Shown here one piece after another: positions 28,185-40,100 of a DNA stretch of 64,000 nt (position 1 is the stretch's first letter; the number at the start of each line of letters is the position of its first letter). The translations under genes were made by a program, and so were the position numbers. The notes beneath the pieces are model-generated. The model was not told where the DNA came from. It saw only the letters and a program-made list of their open reading frames with translations, and ran no database searches. Source of the stretch: Scenedesmus sp. PABB004 (taxonomy: Eukaryota); the NCBI GenBank assembly GCA_014905635.1, contig JABVCE010000005.1, positions 620,001-684,000 on the forward strand. The letters are read 5' to 3'.

Positions 28185-29992
28185 TCAGTCGAGGTGCAGG
28201 TCGGGCAGGCGCTGGATGAGGTAGCTCCGCGCCGCGCCCGTGGCGGCCTTGCCGGCAAAGGACCTGCGCGCGCAGGGTGCGCCGGTGCGGACGCTGGCGC
28301 GGCCGCGAGCCGAGGGCCAGCCGAGCGCGCGCCGCCCTGCCCCTGCGGGCGCCGCAGCACCTGCCCATGATGCGTATCCAGTTGAGCACGAGTGACAGGA
28401 TGTCGGCCGCGACCGCCAGCGCCGCGGCCGCCACGTCCGCCGCCCCGCCGCCGTGCCTGGGCGCGCGCGCGTGTGCGGCGCGCCTCGCGCCGGCGGCGCG
28501 CCACGCGCTCGCGCGGGCAGGCCGCCGGCGCGCGCGCGACCCTTGCGCCGAGGGCACTGCCGCGCCTGTGCGCCAGGACGCGCTGGCCGGCGGCCGAGGC
28601 CTGCCTGAAGAGCAGCTGCGCGCCAGACTCCAGCGCGTCGTACATCTGCCGGCGTGCGTGAGCGTGAGTGTGAGTGCACGGCCGTGTGTGAGTGTTGGGC
28701 GGGGAGCGTCGCGGCACCACGCGGGCTGCGCGCCGCGGCAGGCCGCTGCCCGGCAGCGGCCTGCGCTGGCCGGCGCGCCGCGCCGCGCCGCGCCTCCACG
28801 TATGCCACCAGCAGCGCCGCGCCGACCAGCTTGAACGCGGCGAGCTCGTCCGCCGCGAGCGGCAGCCCGTCGCGCACGGGGTTGACCAGCACGCCCGCGG
28901 CGTCGGCCTTGCCGCCTGCGCCGCGGGCCGGGCGCGCACGGCCGTCGGCCCCAGGCGGCTTGGAGGCGCGGCGGTGCGCCGCGCAGGGGCCGCCCGGCCG
29001 CCGCACCCTCGGTGATCTGGGGCAGCACGTGCAGGTGGGCGAGCTGGGAGTACACCAGCAGCGCGCCGCGCGCCGCCAGGAAGAGGAGCTCGCCAAAGTA
29101 ACCGGCGGCGACGTCGGCCGCGTGCGCGGCGGGCGACGTGACGCGCTGCGCGAGCGCGAGCCTGCGCGCGCGCAATGCGTCAAGCGGACGGCTCTGAAGG
29201 ATTTCTGGTGCCCGCGGGCGCACGCGCGCGCGCGCGGCCTCGGGCGCTGTGGGGAGCACCGAGACGCCGCGCGGCGCTGCGGCGCACCGGTCGACGTAGC
29301 TGCGCGACATGGTCAGCGGCTGCGAGAGCGGCGGCGTGTTGGACACCAGGGTGTCCGTCCAGTTGACCAGCGCGCTCCCAACCGCCGCCGACGCGTTGGA
29401 CACGCTCACCGCGGCTGCGGGGGCCGGCGGCGGCGGCGGCGGTGGCGGCGGCGTGCCGGGCGCGCGCGGCCAGCGGGCCGCGGCCTGCGCAGGGGCTGCG
29501 CGGCAGCAGAGCGCAGCGCGGCGCGGCGACCGCACCCATGCCGCCGATGGCCACGATGCCACGCGCCAGCTTCTCCGCGGTCGGCGCGGGCGCGCCCGTG
29601 CCGCCGTGCTGGCGCTGGCCCAGGCCCTGGCCGCCCATGAACGCGGCGCCGCCGTGCGCCGGCGGCAGCGGCGGCGCGGCCTTGGCGGCGCGCGCGCTGC
29701 CCGCCAGGTGGATGTCCTGGTCTGCGCGGCGACGTCGGCGCGGGCGCGGGCGCGGCGTTGCGCGCGCCGCGCCGCGGACTGGCCCCTGCCGCCGCTGGCA
29801 CTGCGTCGCACCCAGCGCGATGCCGCCGGCCAGCTCGCCCCGGGAGCTGCTGCGGGACGAGGGCTTGGAGGACGCCAGCCCTGCGCGGCGCGGCGGCGAT
29901 CGGCGGCGAGGCGGGCGGGCGGGCAGCGCGAGCGGCCGCGCGCGAGCGCCGCACGCACCCCCAGCGCGCGCGGCCTCCTTCGCGGCCTCCAT
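28185..29992 (-). CDS. Senescence (spartin/ERD7-like) domain protein, about 9 exons (alternative start 30019)
   Basis: Spliced product has AEKLARGIVAIGG...SAAVGSALVNWTD and MYDALESGAQLLFRQASAAGQRVLAHRHGGGAADVAAAAL, resembling the senescence-domain C-terminal helix pattern (xYxxLExA...VxHxYG). Confidence 0.65.
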
Positions 29993-30238
29993 CGGCTCAG
30001 ACGAACGAGTGATCGTCATCAGCGGCGCGCTCCGCTCGCGCGGCGGCGGGCGGCGACGTCGAGGCGCTCGCGGGGCGCGCACGGCGGGCTGCTCGGCTGG
30101 GCTTGGGGGTCGCCTGGCTCGCTGGGGGTGCGCGGGGAGCTCTGCTGCGGCGCGGACGCGCGCATGGGACTGCCCCGCCGCTGCAGAGAACCGCCCGCGC
30201 CGGCCCGCCGGTTCGAGGCATGCGCACGCGCGCGCCGC

Positions 30239-30818
30239 TCAAAAGTCCAGCGGCCCGCCCCGCCCACGCCGCCGCCGCCGCCGCCGCCGGCCGGCCCGCC
30301 GCCGCACGCGCGCGCGTCGCCTGCGCCGCCGCGCTCCGCGGCCTCGAGCGGCAGCAGGTCAAGCGGCGCGAGGCTGACGCCGCGCCGCTTCGTGCGCAGC
30401 AGCCACAGGCGCTCGTCGACCCAGCGCTGCCGCAGCAGGCCGGCGTGCGGCAGGCGGCGCACCTCGGCGAGCGCGGTCGCTGTCGCGCCGTCGGGGAGGA
30501 GGGCGAAGACGTCCGAGGCGTCGGAGAGGTGCTGCAGCGCGACCACCGCGTCGCCGAGGTGCGCCAGGCGCAGCGCGAACGCCTCGCCAAACAGGCCTGC
30601 GCGGCCGCGCGGGCGCCGGCGCGCGGTCGGCGGCGGCCGAGCGCGCCGCCGGCGCGGCGGCGGCGGCTGCTGCGGCTGACGTGTGTGCCGACCAGCGCGG
30701 CCCGCCCGCGCCGCGCGCGCCTGCCGGCACGGTGACGAGTGCGGCGCAGCTGGCGTCCTGGATCGCCAGCCGCAGCTCCGCGACGGCGCGCAGTATCGAC
30801 GCCTCCAGCGTGGCCTCC

Positions 30819-30849
<31 letters not shown>

Positions 30850-31855
30850 CCGGCCACCACTCTGGCCCGCCCAGCGACTGAATGACGAGCCGGCCCACGG
30901 CGCCAGGGTCGCGGCTCGGCACTGCACGGCGTCGCGCGCGGGTGCGTGGGGCGCAGCGCGCGCCGCCGCCCGCACCGCCAGCTCGCGCAGCGCCGCGCAG
31001 CGCGCCTCACCCGCCGCGGGCTGGAAGCGCTGCGCGAACGCCGCCGCCGCCGCGCCGGCCGCCGCGACGGCGCCGCCCGGCGACTGCGGGTCGTCGGCGC
31101 GGCAGCAGAGCGTCTCCAGCCGCGCGCCCGCGAGCTGCTCCGGCGACATTCCCTTGCCCAGGTCCCACTGGTGGCACCACTCGCGCCCCACGCCCGCCGC
31201 CAGGCTGCGCGCGGCGCTGCTCGCGGCGCTCCTGGCTTGGCTGCGGCGGGCGCGTGGCAGCAGCAGGCCGGCAGGGAGGAGCCGGGCGTCAGGTGCCGGC
31301 GGCGCGCGGGCGGCGGCGGCGCGGGCGCGTGCGCGGCGCCGCCACGGCGCACCTGCGCTCCGGCTGCTGCCGCGGCTGCGGCGCCTGCGCCTGCGGCGCC
31401 GTGCCCGCGCGCTGGATGTACTTGCGATACTGCCAGGCAATCTTCAGGCCGTCGTCCGGCGGCGCCGGCGCCGCGCCGCCTCCGCCACCGCCGCCGGCAC
31501 CGCCGCCGGCGACGCTGCCGCCGCTGGCAGCGGCGGCGCCGCTGCCGCCGGGCGCCGCGCCCGCCTGCTGCGGCAGGAACGCCGCCGCGGCGGCCGGGCT
31601 GAGCGCCTGGGCCGTGAGCCAGGCCACGGCGTGGCCGCAGGCCACGCCCTCGCCCAGGAAGCAGCGCAGCAGCGGCGTGTGCGCCGGGCACGCGCCGTCC
31701 TCGAGCAGGAGCAGGATGCAGCCCAGCGGCAGCCCGCCGCCGAGCAGCGTGTCGAGGCCCGCCAGGCCCGTCGAGATCAGGGTCTGGCCGTGCAGCCCGG
31801 GCCGCGTGCCCGCGTCGGCGGCCCGCGGCGCCGCGCGGCGCGTGAAGGCGCTCAT
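30239..31855 (-). CDS. ELP4: Elongator complex protein 4, 4 exons (frameshift needed just before terminal PLDF*)
   Basis: GTRPGLHGQTLISTGLAGLDTLLGGGLPLG, LLRCFLGEG, LKIAWQYRKY, WCHQWDL and RLVIQSLGGPEW. The family-typical terminus LDF* lies at 30239-30250 in a shifted frame. Confidence 0.9.
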
Positions 31856-32139
31856 CGCGGCGCGCGGAGCGGCGGTCGGGGCGCGGCTCTGGGCGCGGCG
31901 GGAGACCGGCAGGTGACGGGCGCGTTGCCGCTGGCAGCTGCGGGGGCGCTGCCGCGGCGTGACGTGCTGCGCCGGCCGGCGCCGGCGTAGGCGCGGCAGA
32001 GCACCGCAGCGCTCCCCAGCTCGCCTTCCGCGCCCGGAGGCCACATCGCGCGTCGCACAGCAGCAGCCAGGCGTACCGCGCGGCGTGGCGCCCGTTGGGG
32101 GCCGCCGTTGACCGCGCGCCGCCGCGCGGTCGTGCGGCC

Positions 32140-33065
32140 ATGGCGGAGCTGCACGTGATCGGCCAGGTCCTGGGGGCGTCCGGCTTCCCCGGGCACAGCG
32201 TGTTCTGCAAGGTGCGGCGCGTGCGCGGGCCGCGGCGGCGCGCGGCGCCGGCACGCGCAGGTGCCTGCTGCTGCACCATCCGCCGCCGCGCAGTGGGGCG
32301 TGCACGTGGGGCGCAGCTGGGAGCTCGTGGAGGGGCTGGACGCGGGGCAGACGCAGACCGACTGCCCCGGCAGCGACGACATGGCGGTGTGGTCGCACCC
32401 GCTCGACGTGCACTACGTCTGCCGCGGCCTGCTCGGCTGGCCGAAGCTGCACTTTCAGATATGGAGCCAGGACGTGCACGGCCGCAACGAGCTGCGTGCG
32501 TCCTCGCGCTCGCGCGCGCACGCGACGCAGCGCCGCGCAGGCTGGCGCGCCAGCCGGCCGAGTGACCGCCGCCGCCGCGCGCCGCGCACGTCGCGCCGGC
32601 GCAGGCGGCTATGGCTTCTGCCACGTGCCCACGGCGCCGGGCACGTTTGAGATCGACTGCCCCACCTGGCTGCCAGAGGTGCGCGCGCGGGGGCACGCAG
32701 CCGCCCGGCCGCCGCCTCGCCGGCCGGCTGTGAGGCAGGCAGCGCCCGCTGCCCCCGTCGCCCCCGGCGCGGCGCGCACAGGGCTCCGTGGGCGAGCGCA
32801 TCGCGTCGTTCTTTGTCGGCGGCGCGCCGCGCCTGCGCGCTGAGGAGGTCGTCCACGCGCCCGGCGACCGCTTCCGCCTGCAGACGGTGTCCGGCGGCGT
32901 CGTGCACCTGCAGCTGGGTGCGCCGCGCGCCCCGCCGCTGCGGCGGCGCGGCACTGGGGCTGCGGCCCCGGCCGCGCGTGCTGACCACGCTGACCGCGGC
33001 GCCGCCGCCACTGTGCCGCAGGCATCATCATGAAGGACTTTGAGAAGAGCAACGTGCAGGTCTGA
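32140..33065 (+). CDS. B9D2: B9 domain-containing protein 2 (ciliary transition zone, MKS module), 5 exons
   Basis: MAELHVIGQVLGASGF...FCKWG, GQTQTD, VWSHPLDVHY...GWPKLHFQIWSQDVHGR, GYGFCHVPTAPG and FFVGGAPRL. Confidence 0.94.
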
Positions 33066-33357
33066 CGCGACCTGCGCGCGGGACGGCCCTCGACCGGCCG
33101 GGCGCGCGCGGCGGTTGCCGAGCGCGAGCGTAGGTTTTTGTCAACGCTTGCACCGCCCAACGATGCAGCCGCCCGCCTCACCGGCAGCAGCAGCACACAA
33201 ACCGGGGGTCCCACGCAGCTGGGAGGTCGCGCGGGGCGGCAGCGGGCGATCTGCGGCGAGAGCAGCGGCGGCGGCGCGCGCCGGGCGCCACGCGGCGCAG
33301 CAGGCGCAAAACCGGTACCCAGATGCGGAACTAGGCCTTCTAGAGGAGGTGCTGAGC

Positions 33358-36300
33358 ATGGCAAGCGACCGGCAGCGGCGCCGGAGCGCCTTGGGCGCGG
33401 CGATGCAGGTCCGTGCTGCTGCTGCCGCTCCCGCGCGAGGCAGGGCCGCGGCGGCCGCCCAGGCACGTGCTGTGACGACCGCAGGTGGCGTTGATGCTGG
33501 CCTTCGGCCTGGCGCTGGCCGGAGCGAAGCAGCAGGCGCGCTGGGACCCGGAGGCCCTGATGGAGAAGGCCGCAGAGCTCAGGTGCGGCTTGGCCGACGG
33601 CCCCGCGGCGCGGTCCAGGACGGGATAGACAGCGCGTCTCGCTGGAACGCGCCCCGCACGCTGTGCGGGCGCCGCCGCCGCGCCCGACGCCGCTGCCGCG
33701 CTGCTGCCGCGCGCCGCGCCGTGCAGGGACAAGCCGGCGGCCACGGCGCGCGAGCTGAAGCTGGCGGCGGGCCTGCTCTCGGAGGCGGCGGGCCTGGGCG
33801 TCTCGAAGAAGGGCGGCGAGGCAGCCGGGGGCGAGCCGGTGCCCGGCTTCCCGGCGCTGACGTTTGCTGCCGACGGCCATGCGCCGGCGCTGCGCGAGCT
33901 GGGCAAGCTCTACCAGGTGCGGCGGGGGCGCCATGCGCGCGCGGCACAGCGGCGCGGCAGCAGGCGACGCGAACGCAACTGCGCGGCGGTGTGAGCGCGC
34001 GCCGTGCCGCAGCGCGCGCCGCCGGCGCCCCACGCCCGCCGCGCCCGCGCCGCCGCCCCCTTGCCGTGCCGCGCGCAGCGCGGCAAGGGCGTGGACGTGA
34101 ACCTGCGGCTCTCGCTGGAGCTGCTGCGCCGCGCGGCGGAGCTGGGCGACCCGGAGGCCCAGGGCGCGATGGGCGTGCGCATGGCGTTCGGCCTCCAGCA
34201 CGGCAGCAGCTTCGACTCGGGCGCCGCCGTGCGGCACTTTGGCCGGGTGCGCGCGGCCGCGGCGCCGACACGCAGCCGCGCGGCGGCGGCGGCGGCAGCA
34301 GCTGTGCGCGCCGCCCCCGCGCCGCGCCGCGCCGCGCGCCGCTCACGCTCTCGCCGCCCGCCCGCCGCCGCCTCCTCCTCCTCCCCACACCCACCCGCCA
34401 GCCCGACGAGGCGGGCGCGCTGCTGCACTATTTCTTCGGCGCGGCCGGCGGCGACGCGTACTCGCGCGCCGCGCTCGGCTACCGCCACACCTTTGGCCTG
34501 GGCGTGCCCAAGTCGTGCTGGGCGGCGGTGGCCTACTACCGCCCCGTCGCGGAGGGCGTCGTCGCGGCGGCGGCGGCCGCGGGCGCGCGCCGCGGCGGCG
34601 CCGGCGCCGCCGGCCCGCTCGGCGGCGCGGCGGGCGGGCGGGGGCTGCCGCACGTCGAGCGCATCCGGCTCAACGTGCACGCCAACGCGGGGCTCAAGCC
34701 CGACCGGCAGCGCGAGGTGCTTCAGTATTACCAGTACAGCGCCGACCGCGGCAACACCGACGCGCAGGCCGCGGTGGGCACGCTGCTCAACCTCGGCACG
34801 CACGGCGTCGCGCGCGACCACGTCGCGGCCGCGCACTACCTCGCGCGCGCGGCGGCGGGCGGCAGCGACGAGGCGATGGCGCACCTCGGGCACATGCACG
34901 GCGCGGGGCTCGGCGTGCCGCGCGACGCGGCCAAGGCGCTGGCCTACTTCCGGCAGGCCGCGGCGAAGCACAATGCGCTGGGGCTGTACGGCCTCGGCTA
35001 CATGCACCTCGCCGGCGCGGGCGTGGAGCAGGACCACGACGCCGCGTTCCGGCACCTCTCGTCCGCCGCGGAGCAGGGCGACCGCGACGCGCACTTCTAC
35101 CTCGGGGCGATGCACCTCCACGTGCGCCCCGCCCCGCCCGCCGCGCGCCGCGCGCCGCGCGTGGTCCGTGCTGTGTTGCGTGCTGTGTGCCGCGTGCCGC
35201 GCACGCCGTGGCGAGCGCGGGCTGGCCGCGTGCGCGGTCGCGCCCCGCGGTCGCGCCCGCCTCACCCCGGCCGCGCCGTGCCGCCCGCCGCAGGGCCTCG
35301 GCGTGCGGCGGCGCAGCCTGTCCAAGGCGTTCATGCACTTTTTCCAGGCGGCGAGCATGGGCCACGTGCAGGCGCGCGGCGCGGCGCGGCGCCTGCCCCC
35401 GGCCAGCGCGGCAGCGCGGCGCGGCCGCGCCCGACGCGCTTCAGCCCGCCCGGCCGCCTGCCTGCCCGCCCTGCTTGCGCGCGCGCGCGCCCTCAGGCAA
35501 TGTACAACACCGCCGTCATGCACCTCAGCGGCAAGGGCACCGCCAAGGCGTGCAAGCCGGCGCTGTCGCAGCTCAAGGCGCTCGTGGAGAAGGGCCCGCT
35601 CGCGGCGTCGCTGCAGGCGGGGCACGAGGCGTTCTTCCGGGGCCAGCACGGCCAGGCGCTGCTGCACTACCTCACCGCCGCGGAGATGGGCATGGAGCTG
35701 GGGCAGTCCAACGCGGCGTGGATGCTCGAGCGCGGCTTCGGCCACGCCGGCCCGCATGCCGCCGCCGCGGCGGCGACGCTGCTGCGCCGCTCCGCGGAGC
35801 AGGGCAACGTCGCGTCGCTGCTGCAGCTCGGCGACGCCTACTTTGCGGGGCGCGGCGTCGAGCAGGACTGGACGCGCGCGGCGGCGATCTACTACGAGGC
35901 ATACAAGGAGCGCAGCGCGGAGGCGATGTTCGACCTCGGCTACGTGCACCAGCACGGCGCGGGCGTGCCGCAGGACATGGCGCTCGCGGCGCGCTTCTAC
36001 TCCATGGCGCGCGCGGCCAACGCCGACGCCGCGCTGCCGGTGCACCTCGCGACCGCGTGGCTGCGCGTGCACCGCGCGGCGGCGTGGCTCGCACCGCGCC
36101 TGCCCGCTGGCGCGGGCGCGGCGCTGCGCTGGCTGTTCGAGCTGCGCCCCAAGCCGGGCTCGCCTGCGGCGCGCGCGGCGGCGGCGGGCACCCCTGCGAC
36201 GCTCGTGCTCGCTGCTGGCGCCGCCGCCGGCGGCGCCGCCGGCGCCGGCGGCGCGGCCGGCGGCGCGGCCGGCACGCCGCCCGGCCCCGCGCCCGGCGTG

Positions 36301-36903
36301 CCCTCGCCCGCGCTGCCGGGCGGGGGCGCCGCGCCCGCCGACGGCAGCGGCGCGCCCGCCGACGACCCCGGCGCCGGCGGCGGCGGCTGGCCGTGGTGGC
36401 TCTCGCCGCAGCTGCTCGCGTGGCAGTGGGACGGCCTGCTCTGGCGGCTCGCCGAGGCGACCGGCCTGGGCGGGCTGAGCGTGGGCCGGGTCCTCGAGGA
36501 GTATGCTGACGTGGGCGAGACGCTGCTGCTGCTGCTGCTCATGGCGGTGCTGGGGCTCGTGCTCCGCATCCGGCGCCAGCGCCAGGCCGCGCTGCAGGAC
36601 CAGGTGCTCGCCGCGCTGCGCCGCGGCGCGGGCGGCGACGAGGGCGCGATCGCCGCCCAGATCGCGGCGCAGATGGGCCTGCCCATCCCGGCGCGCGCAG
36701 CCGGCGGCGGCGCCGCCGACGCGGACGCGGACGCGGCGCCGGCGGAGGGCGCGCCGCCGCGCGCGGAGCGGCCCGGCGGCGCTGGCGAGCCGGCGCCGAA
36801 CGGGCTCGCCGCGGGCGCCGGCGGCGGCGCGGGCGCCGGCGGCGGCGACGGGGGCGCGCCGCCGCCGGCGGCGCCGGCCACGGGCGGCGCCAGCGACAGC
36901 TAA
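33358..36903 (+). CDS. HRD3: HRD3/SEL1L-like ERAD component (signal peptide, Sel1 repeats, C-terminal TM helix), 7 exons
   Basis: Spliced signal peptide VALMLAFGLALAGA, many Sel1 repeats (AALGYRH, AMAHLGHMH, GLYGLGYMH, LLQLGDAYF, AMFDLGYVHQHG), AEMGMELGQSNAAWML and TM segment LLLLLLMAVLGLVL. Confidence 0.88.
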   Translation: MASDRQRRRSALGAAMQVRAAAAAPARGRAAAAAQARAVTTAGGVDAGLRPGAGRSEAAGALGPGGPDGEGRRAQVRLGRRPRGAVQDGIDSASRWNAPRTLCGRRRRARRRCRAAAARRAVQGQAGGHGARAEAGGGPALGGGGPGRLEEGRRGSRGRAGARLPGADVCCRRPCAGAARAGQALPGAAGAPCARGTAARQQATRTQLRGGVSARRAAARAAGAPRPPRPRRRPLAVPRAARQGRGREPAALAGAAAPRGGAGRPGGPGRDGRAHGVRPPARQQLRLGRRRAALWPGARGRGADTQPRGGGGGSSCARRPRAAPRRAPLTLSPPARRRLLLLPTPTRQPDEAGALLHYFFGAAGGDAYSRAALGYRHTFGLGVPKSCWAAVAYYRPVAEGVVAAAAAAGARRGGAGAAGPLGGAAGGRGLPHVERIRLNVHANAGLKPDRQREVLQYYQYSADRGNTDAQAAVGTLLNLGTHGVARDHVAAAHYLARAAAGGSDEAMAHLGHMHGAGLGVPRDAAKALAYFRQAAAKHNALGLYGLGYMHLAGAGVEQDHDAAFRHLSSAAEQGDRDAHFYLGAMHLHVRPAPPAARRAPRVVRAVLRAVCRVPRTPWRARAGRVRGRAPRSRPPHPGRAVPPAAGPRRAAAQPVQGVHALFPGGEHGPRAGARRGAAPAPGQRGSAARPRPTRFSPPGRLPARPACARARPQAMYNTAVMHLSGKGTAKACKPALSQLKALVEKGPLAASLQAGHEAFFRGQHGQALLHYLTAAEMGMELGQSNAAWMLERGFGHAGPHAAAAAATLLRRSAEQGNVASLLQLGDAYFAGRGVEQDWTRAAAIYYEAYKERSAEAMFDLGYVHQHGAGVPQDMALAARFYSMARAANADAALPVHLATAWLRVHRAAAWLAPRLPAGAGAALRWLFELRPKPGSPAARAAAAGTPATLVLAAGAAAGGAAGAGGAAGGAAGTPPGPAPGVPSPALPGGGAAPADGSGAPADDPGAGGGGWPWWLSPQLLAWQWDGLLWRLAEATGLGGLSVGRVLEEYADVGETLLLLLLMAVLGLVLRIRRQRQAALQDQVLAALRRGAGGDEGAIAAQIAAQMGLPIPARAAGGGAADADADAAPAEGAPPRAERPGGAGEPAPNGLAAGAGGGAGAGGGDGGAPPPAAPATGGASDS

Positions 36904-37181
36904 CGCGGGGGGAGGGGGGAAGGGGGGGGGGGGTGGTCGGCATTGAGCGGCTGGCCAGAACTGTGTGACCCGAGCGAGGCGAGCGCGGTCTGGCGGCGGT
37001 TTTGCGCTGGTGCCGCGCCAGCAGCTGACCTCGATCCAGGGCCGCGTTCTGGCGTCCCCGCCGCTCGGGCAGGCGAGCCGCCGCAGCGCACAGAGCTGGC
37101 TGCTGCCGTGCTGCCGCCGCTGCAGAACGCGCTCCGCTGCCGCGTGCTGATGCAGTAGCGCCGTTATTTCCGCGAGCCGCC

Positions 37182-40100
37182 ATGGCGCATCACCTCTGGA
37201 CGCTGCTGGCGGCGGCCTGCCTCCTCGCGGCGGCGCGCGCGGGTGCGCGGCGGCGGTTGGCGGCCGCGGTGCCGCAGGGGCCGCACCCCTGCCCTGGCAG
37301 CGCGCTGGCGAGCTGCGAGACTGTTTTCCGGCGCTGAAAGCGCGCGGCGGGCGCTGCTGCGAGAGGGCTGACCCGGCGGGTGGCAGCAGCCGGCGGCGGC
37401 ACCGGCAGCGGGCGCTCGCCGCTCACGCGACCCCCGCCCGCGTCCGCAGCGCCGCGGCAGCCCGCCCAGGCCACGGGGCTGTACGGACCCGTCGACTGCA
37501 CGCCGCCGGGTGAGACGCGGCACGCCCCCGCGCGCGCGCGCGCGCGCGCGCGCTCAGTCGCGCGCGCCCTGACCGCCGCGCCGCCCGCGCCCGCAGCGCT
37601 GCCCGACCCCAAGCCGCTCGCGATGCCGCTGCCGCCGCTGGCGCCGGGGGAGCGGCCCAACTTCATTGTGATCCTCACCGACGACCAGGGCTGGGACGAC
37701 CGCGGCGCCGCGCACCCCACCGTGCCGGGGCGGCCGCGCTTCGTCAACACGCCGCACCTCGACGGCTTCATGGCGCGGTCCACGCAGTTTGGTGCGCCCG
37801 CGCGCCGCGGCAGTGCCGCCGGCTGCGGCGCCAGCGGCGTCGCGCGGCCGTGCGGCGGCGGCGCGCGCGAGCGGCCGCGGCGCGGCCTGATCCCCGCCGC
37901 CGCCACGGTCGCCCGACAGACAACTTTTACGTCACGCCCATGTGCTCCCAGACGCGCGCGGAGCTGCTGACCGGCCGCAGCTACGCGCGGTGCGGCCGCG
38001 CGCGCGCGCACGCCGCGCCTGCGCACACGCCTGCGCCTGCGCCGCTCGCTCGCGCGCAAGCCCACGCGCGGCCCGCCGCCCCCGCCGCCGCAGGACGGGC
38101 TCGCTGCTGGTGTCGGGCGGCTACGACTTTATGTCCCGCGACGAGGTCAACTTTGGGCAGTTCTTTGCGGCCGCCGGTTACAGAACCGCCCACTTCGGGA
38201 AGTGGTGAGTGAGCCCCCCGCGTGCACGCGCGCGCGCGCGCGCGCGCCGGAGGCACCCGCGCCGCCCGGGCCGTGCCAACGCACACCCGGCGCGGCGTGG
38301 CGCGGCAGGCACAACGGGCGGTCGCTCGGCTACGAGCCGTGGAACGTCGGCTTCCAGGAGAGCTGGCACCCCGAGCAGTACGTGCACTTGGACAACCTCA
38401 TGGCGTGAGCGCCGCCACCGCGGCCGCCGCCGCTGGCCAGGCCCCCGCCGCTGGCCAGGCCCCCGCCGGGCCGCCGGGCCCGCCAACACGCATGCCGCCG
38501 CGCGGCGGCCGCCGCCGCCGGCGCAGGCACAACGGCGAGTACGTGCAGACGACCGGCCTGATGGAGCAGGTGCTCATGGATAAGATGCTCGGCTGGCTCG
38601 ACGGCCGGGCCGCCGACCCGGCCGACCCATTCCTGCTGTACTACGCGCCCAACGGTGGGTGGGGCACCGGGGGGACCGGGGGCACCGCCACGCCGCGGAT
38701 TGCGGGGCGCGCGGCGCGGCGGCGCGGCGACGACGGCGCCGACGGCGCCCGCGCGCCGCGCGCGGCGCGCAGCCATCCACCGCGGCTCGATGCGGCCGGG
38801 CGTGGGCCCGCTGTGGACGCGGCCGTCGCCCGCGGCGTACCAGTCAAAGTACCGCCCGCTCGAGGCCCAGTTCAACATCTCCGGCTCCACCGTAGAGGCG
38901 CGCCGCGCCCATGCGCCGTGCCGCGAGCGGGCCGCTCACTCTCCAGCGCCCGCGCAGCGAGCGAGCGAGTGAACGCCGCCCCAGCCACGCGCCCGCGCTG
39001 AGTCTCCCCGCGCCGCCGCGTCCAGGTGTGGGCGATGCTGGAGTACCTGGATGACGTCATGGGGCGCCTCTTCAACTACCTCGCCGCCAGCCCGCTGCGC
39101 ACCAAGACGTGCGTGCCCCGCGCGCGGGGCGCGCCCGGCCGCCGCCCCGCGCCCGCCTCACTCAGCCTCACTCGCACGCTCACTCGCACGCTCACTGGCG
39201 CCGCGCCGCGCCGCGCGCCGTGCAGGTATGTGATGGTGATGAGCGACAACGGCAGCGAGCTCTTCCTCGGCGAGATTCGCAGCAAGGACGTGAGACCCAC
39301 CCCCGCGCCGCCGCGCTGCGCTGCGGCGGAGGGCTCCCTCCGGGGCCGTCCACGCCTGGCTGCCCTGCGCGCCGCCCGCCGCGCGCCGCCGAGCGCCGCG
39401 CCCCGCTGCGCGCCAGGTGCGCATGCCGAGCGGCATGCAGGGCTACAAGCGCGACGTGGAGGAGGGGGGCATACGCAACTTTCTGGCCGTGCAGGGCCCC
39501 GGCGTGCAGGCCGGCGTCGTGGACAGCACGCTGCTGTCGGCGCTGGACATCTTTCCCACCATGGTCGCGCTCGCGGGGCTGCACCCCGACCTGCTCCCCC
39601 ACGCGCCCTGGGACGGGCTCAGCTTCGCGCACCTGCTGCTCGTGCCCGGCGCCGGCGCCGGCCCGCCGGCGGCGCCGCGGCGCGGCAACGCGCTCGCGAG
39701 CGCGGCGGAGCGTGACCGCTACCTGGTGTCGATGTCCCCGCTCTGCTGGGACCCCAACGCCGTGCCCGCGCTCGGCGCCGACAGGCGCGGCGCGCGGCGC
39801 GCGGCGCGCTCTCTCACCGCGCACGGCACGCGCGGCGCGCCCGCCCGCCGGCCCCTCCCCGCGCGCGGCCAAGCCCACCGCGCCGCGCCGCGCCGCGCAG
39901 GCGCGTGGTGCGGCCGCAGGCGCTGCTGGACTATGACGCCGGCGGCTACCCCAACGCTGACCTGGCGACCTACTACGGCGTGCCGACCAAGGACCAGCAC
40001 GGCTTTGCGACCTGCCTCGCGGTGCGGCACAAGGAGTTCAAGTGGATCGGCCACACTGGCAAGGTGTACCGGTGCGCCTGTCGGGCGAGGCGGCACGCGA

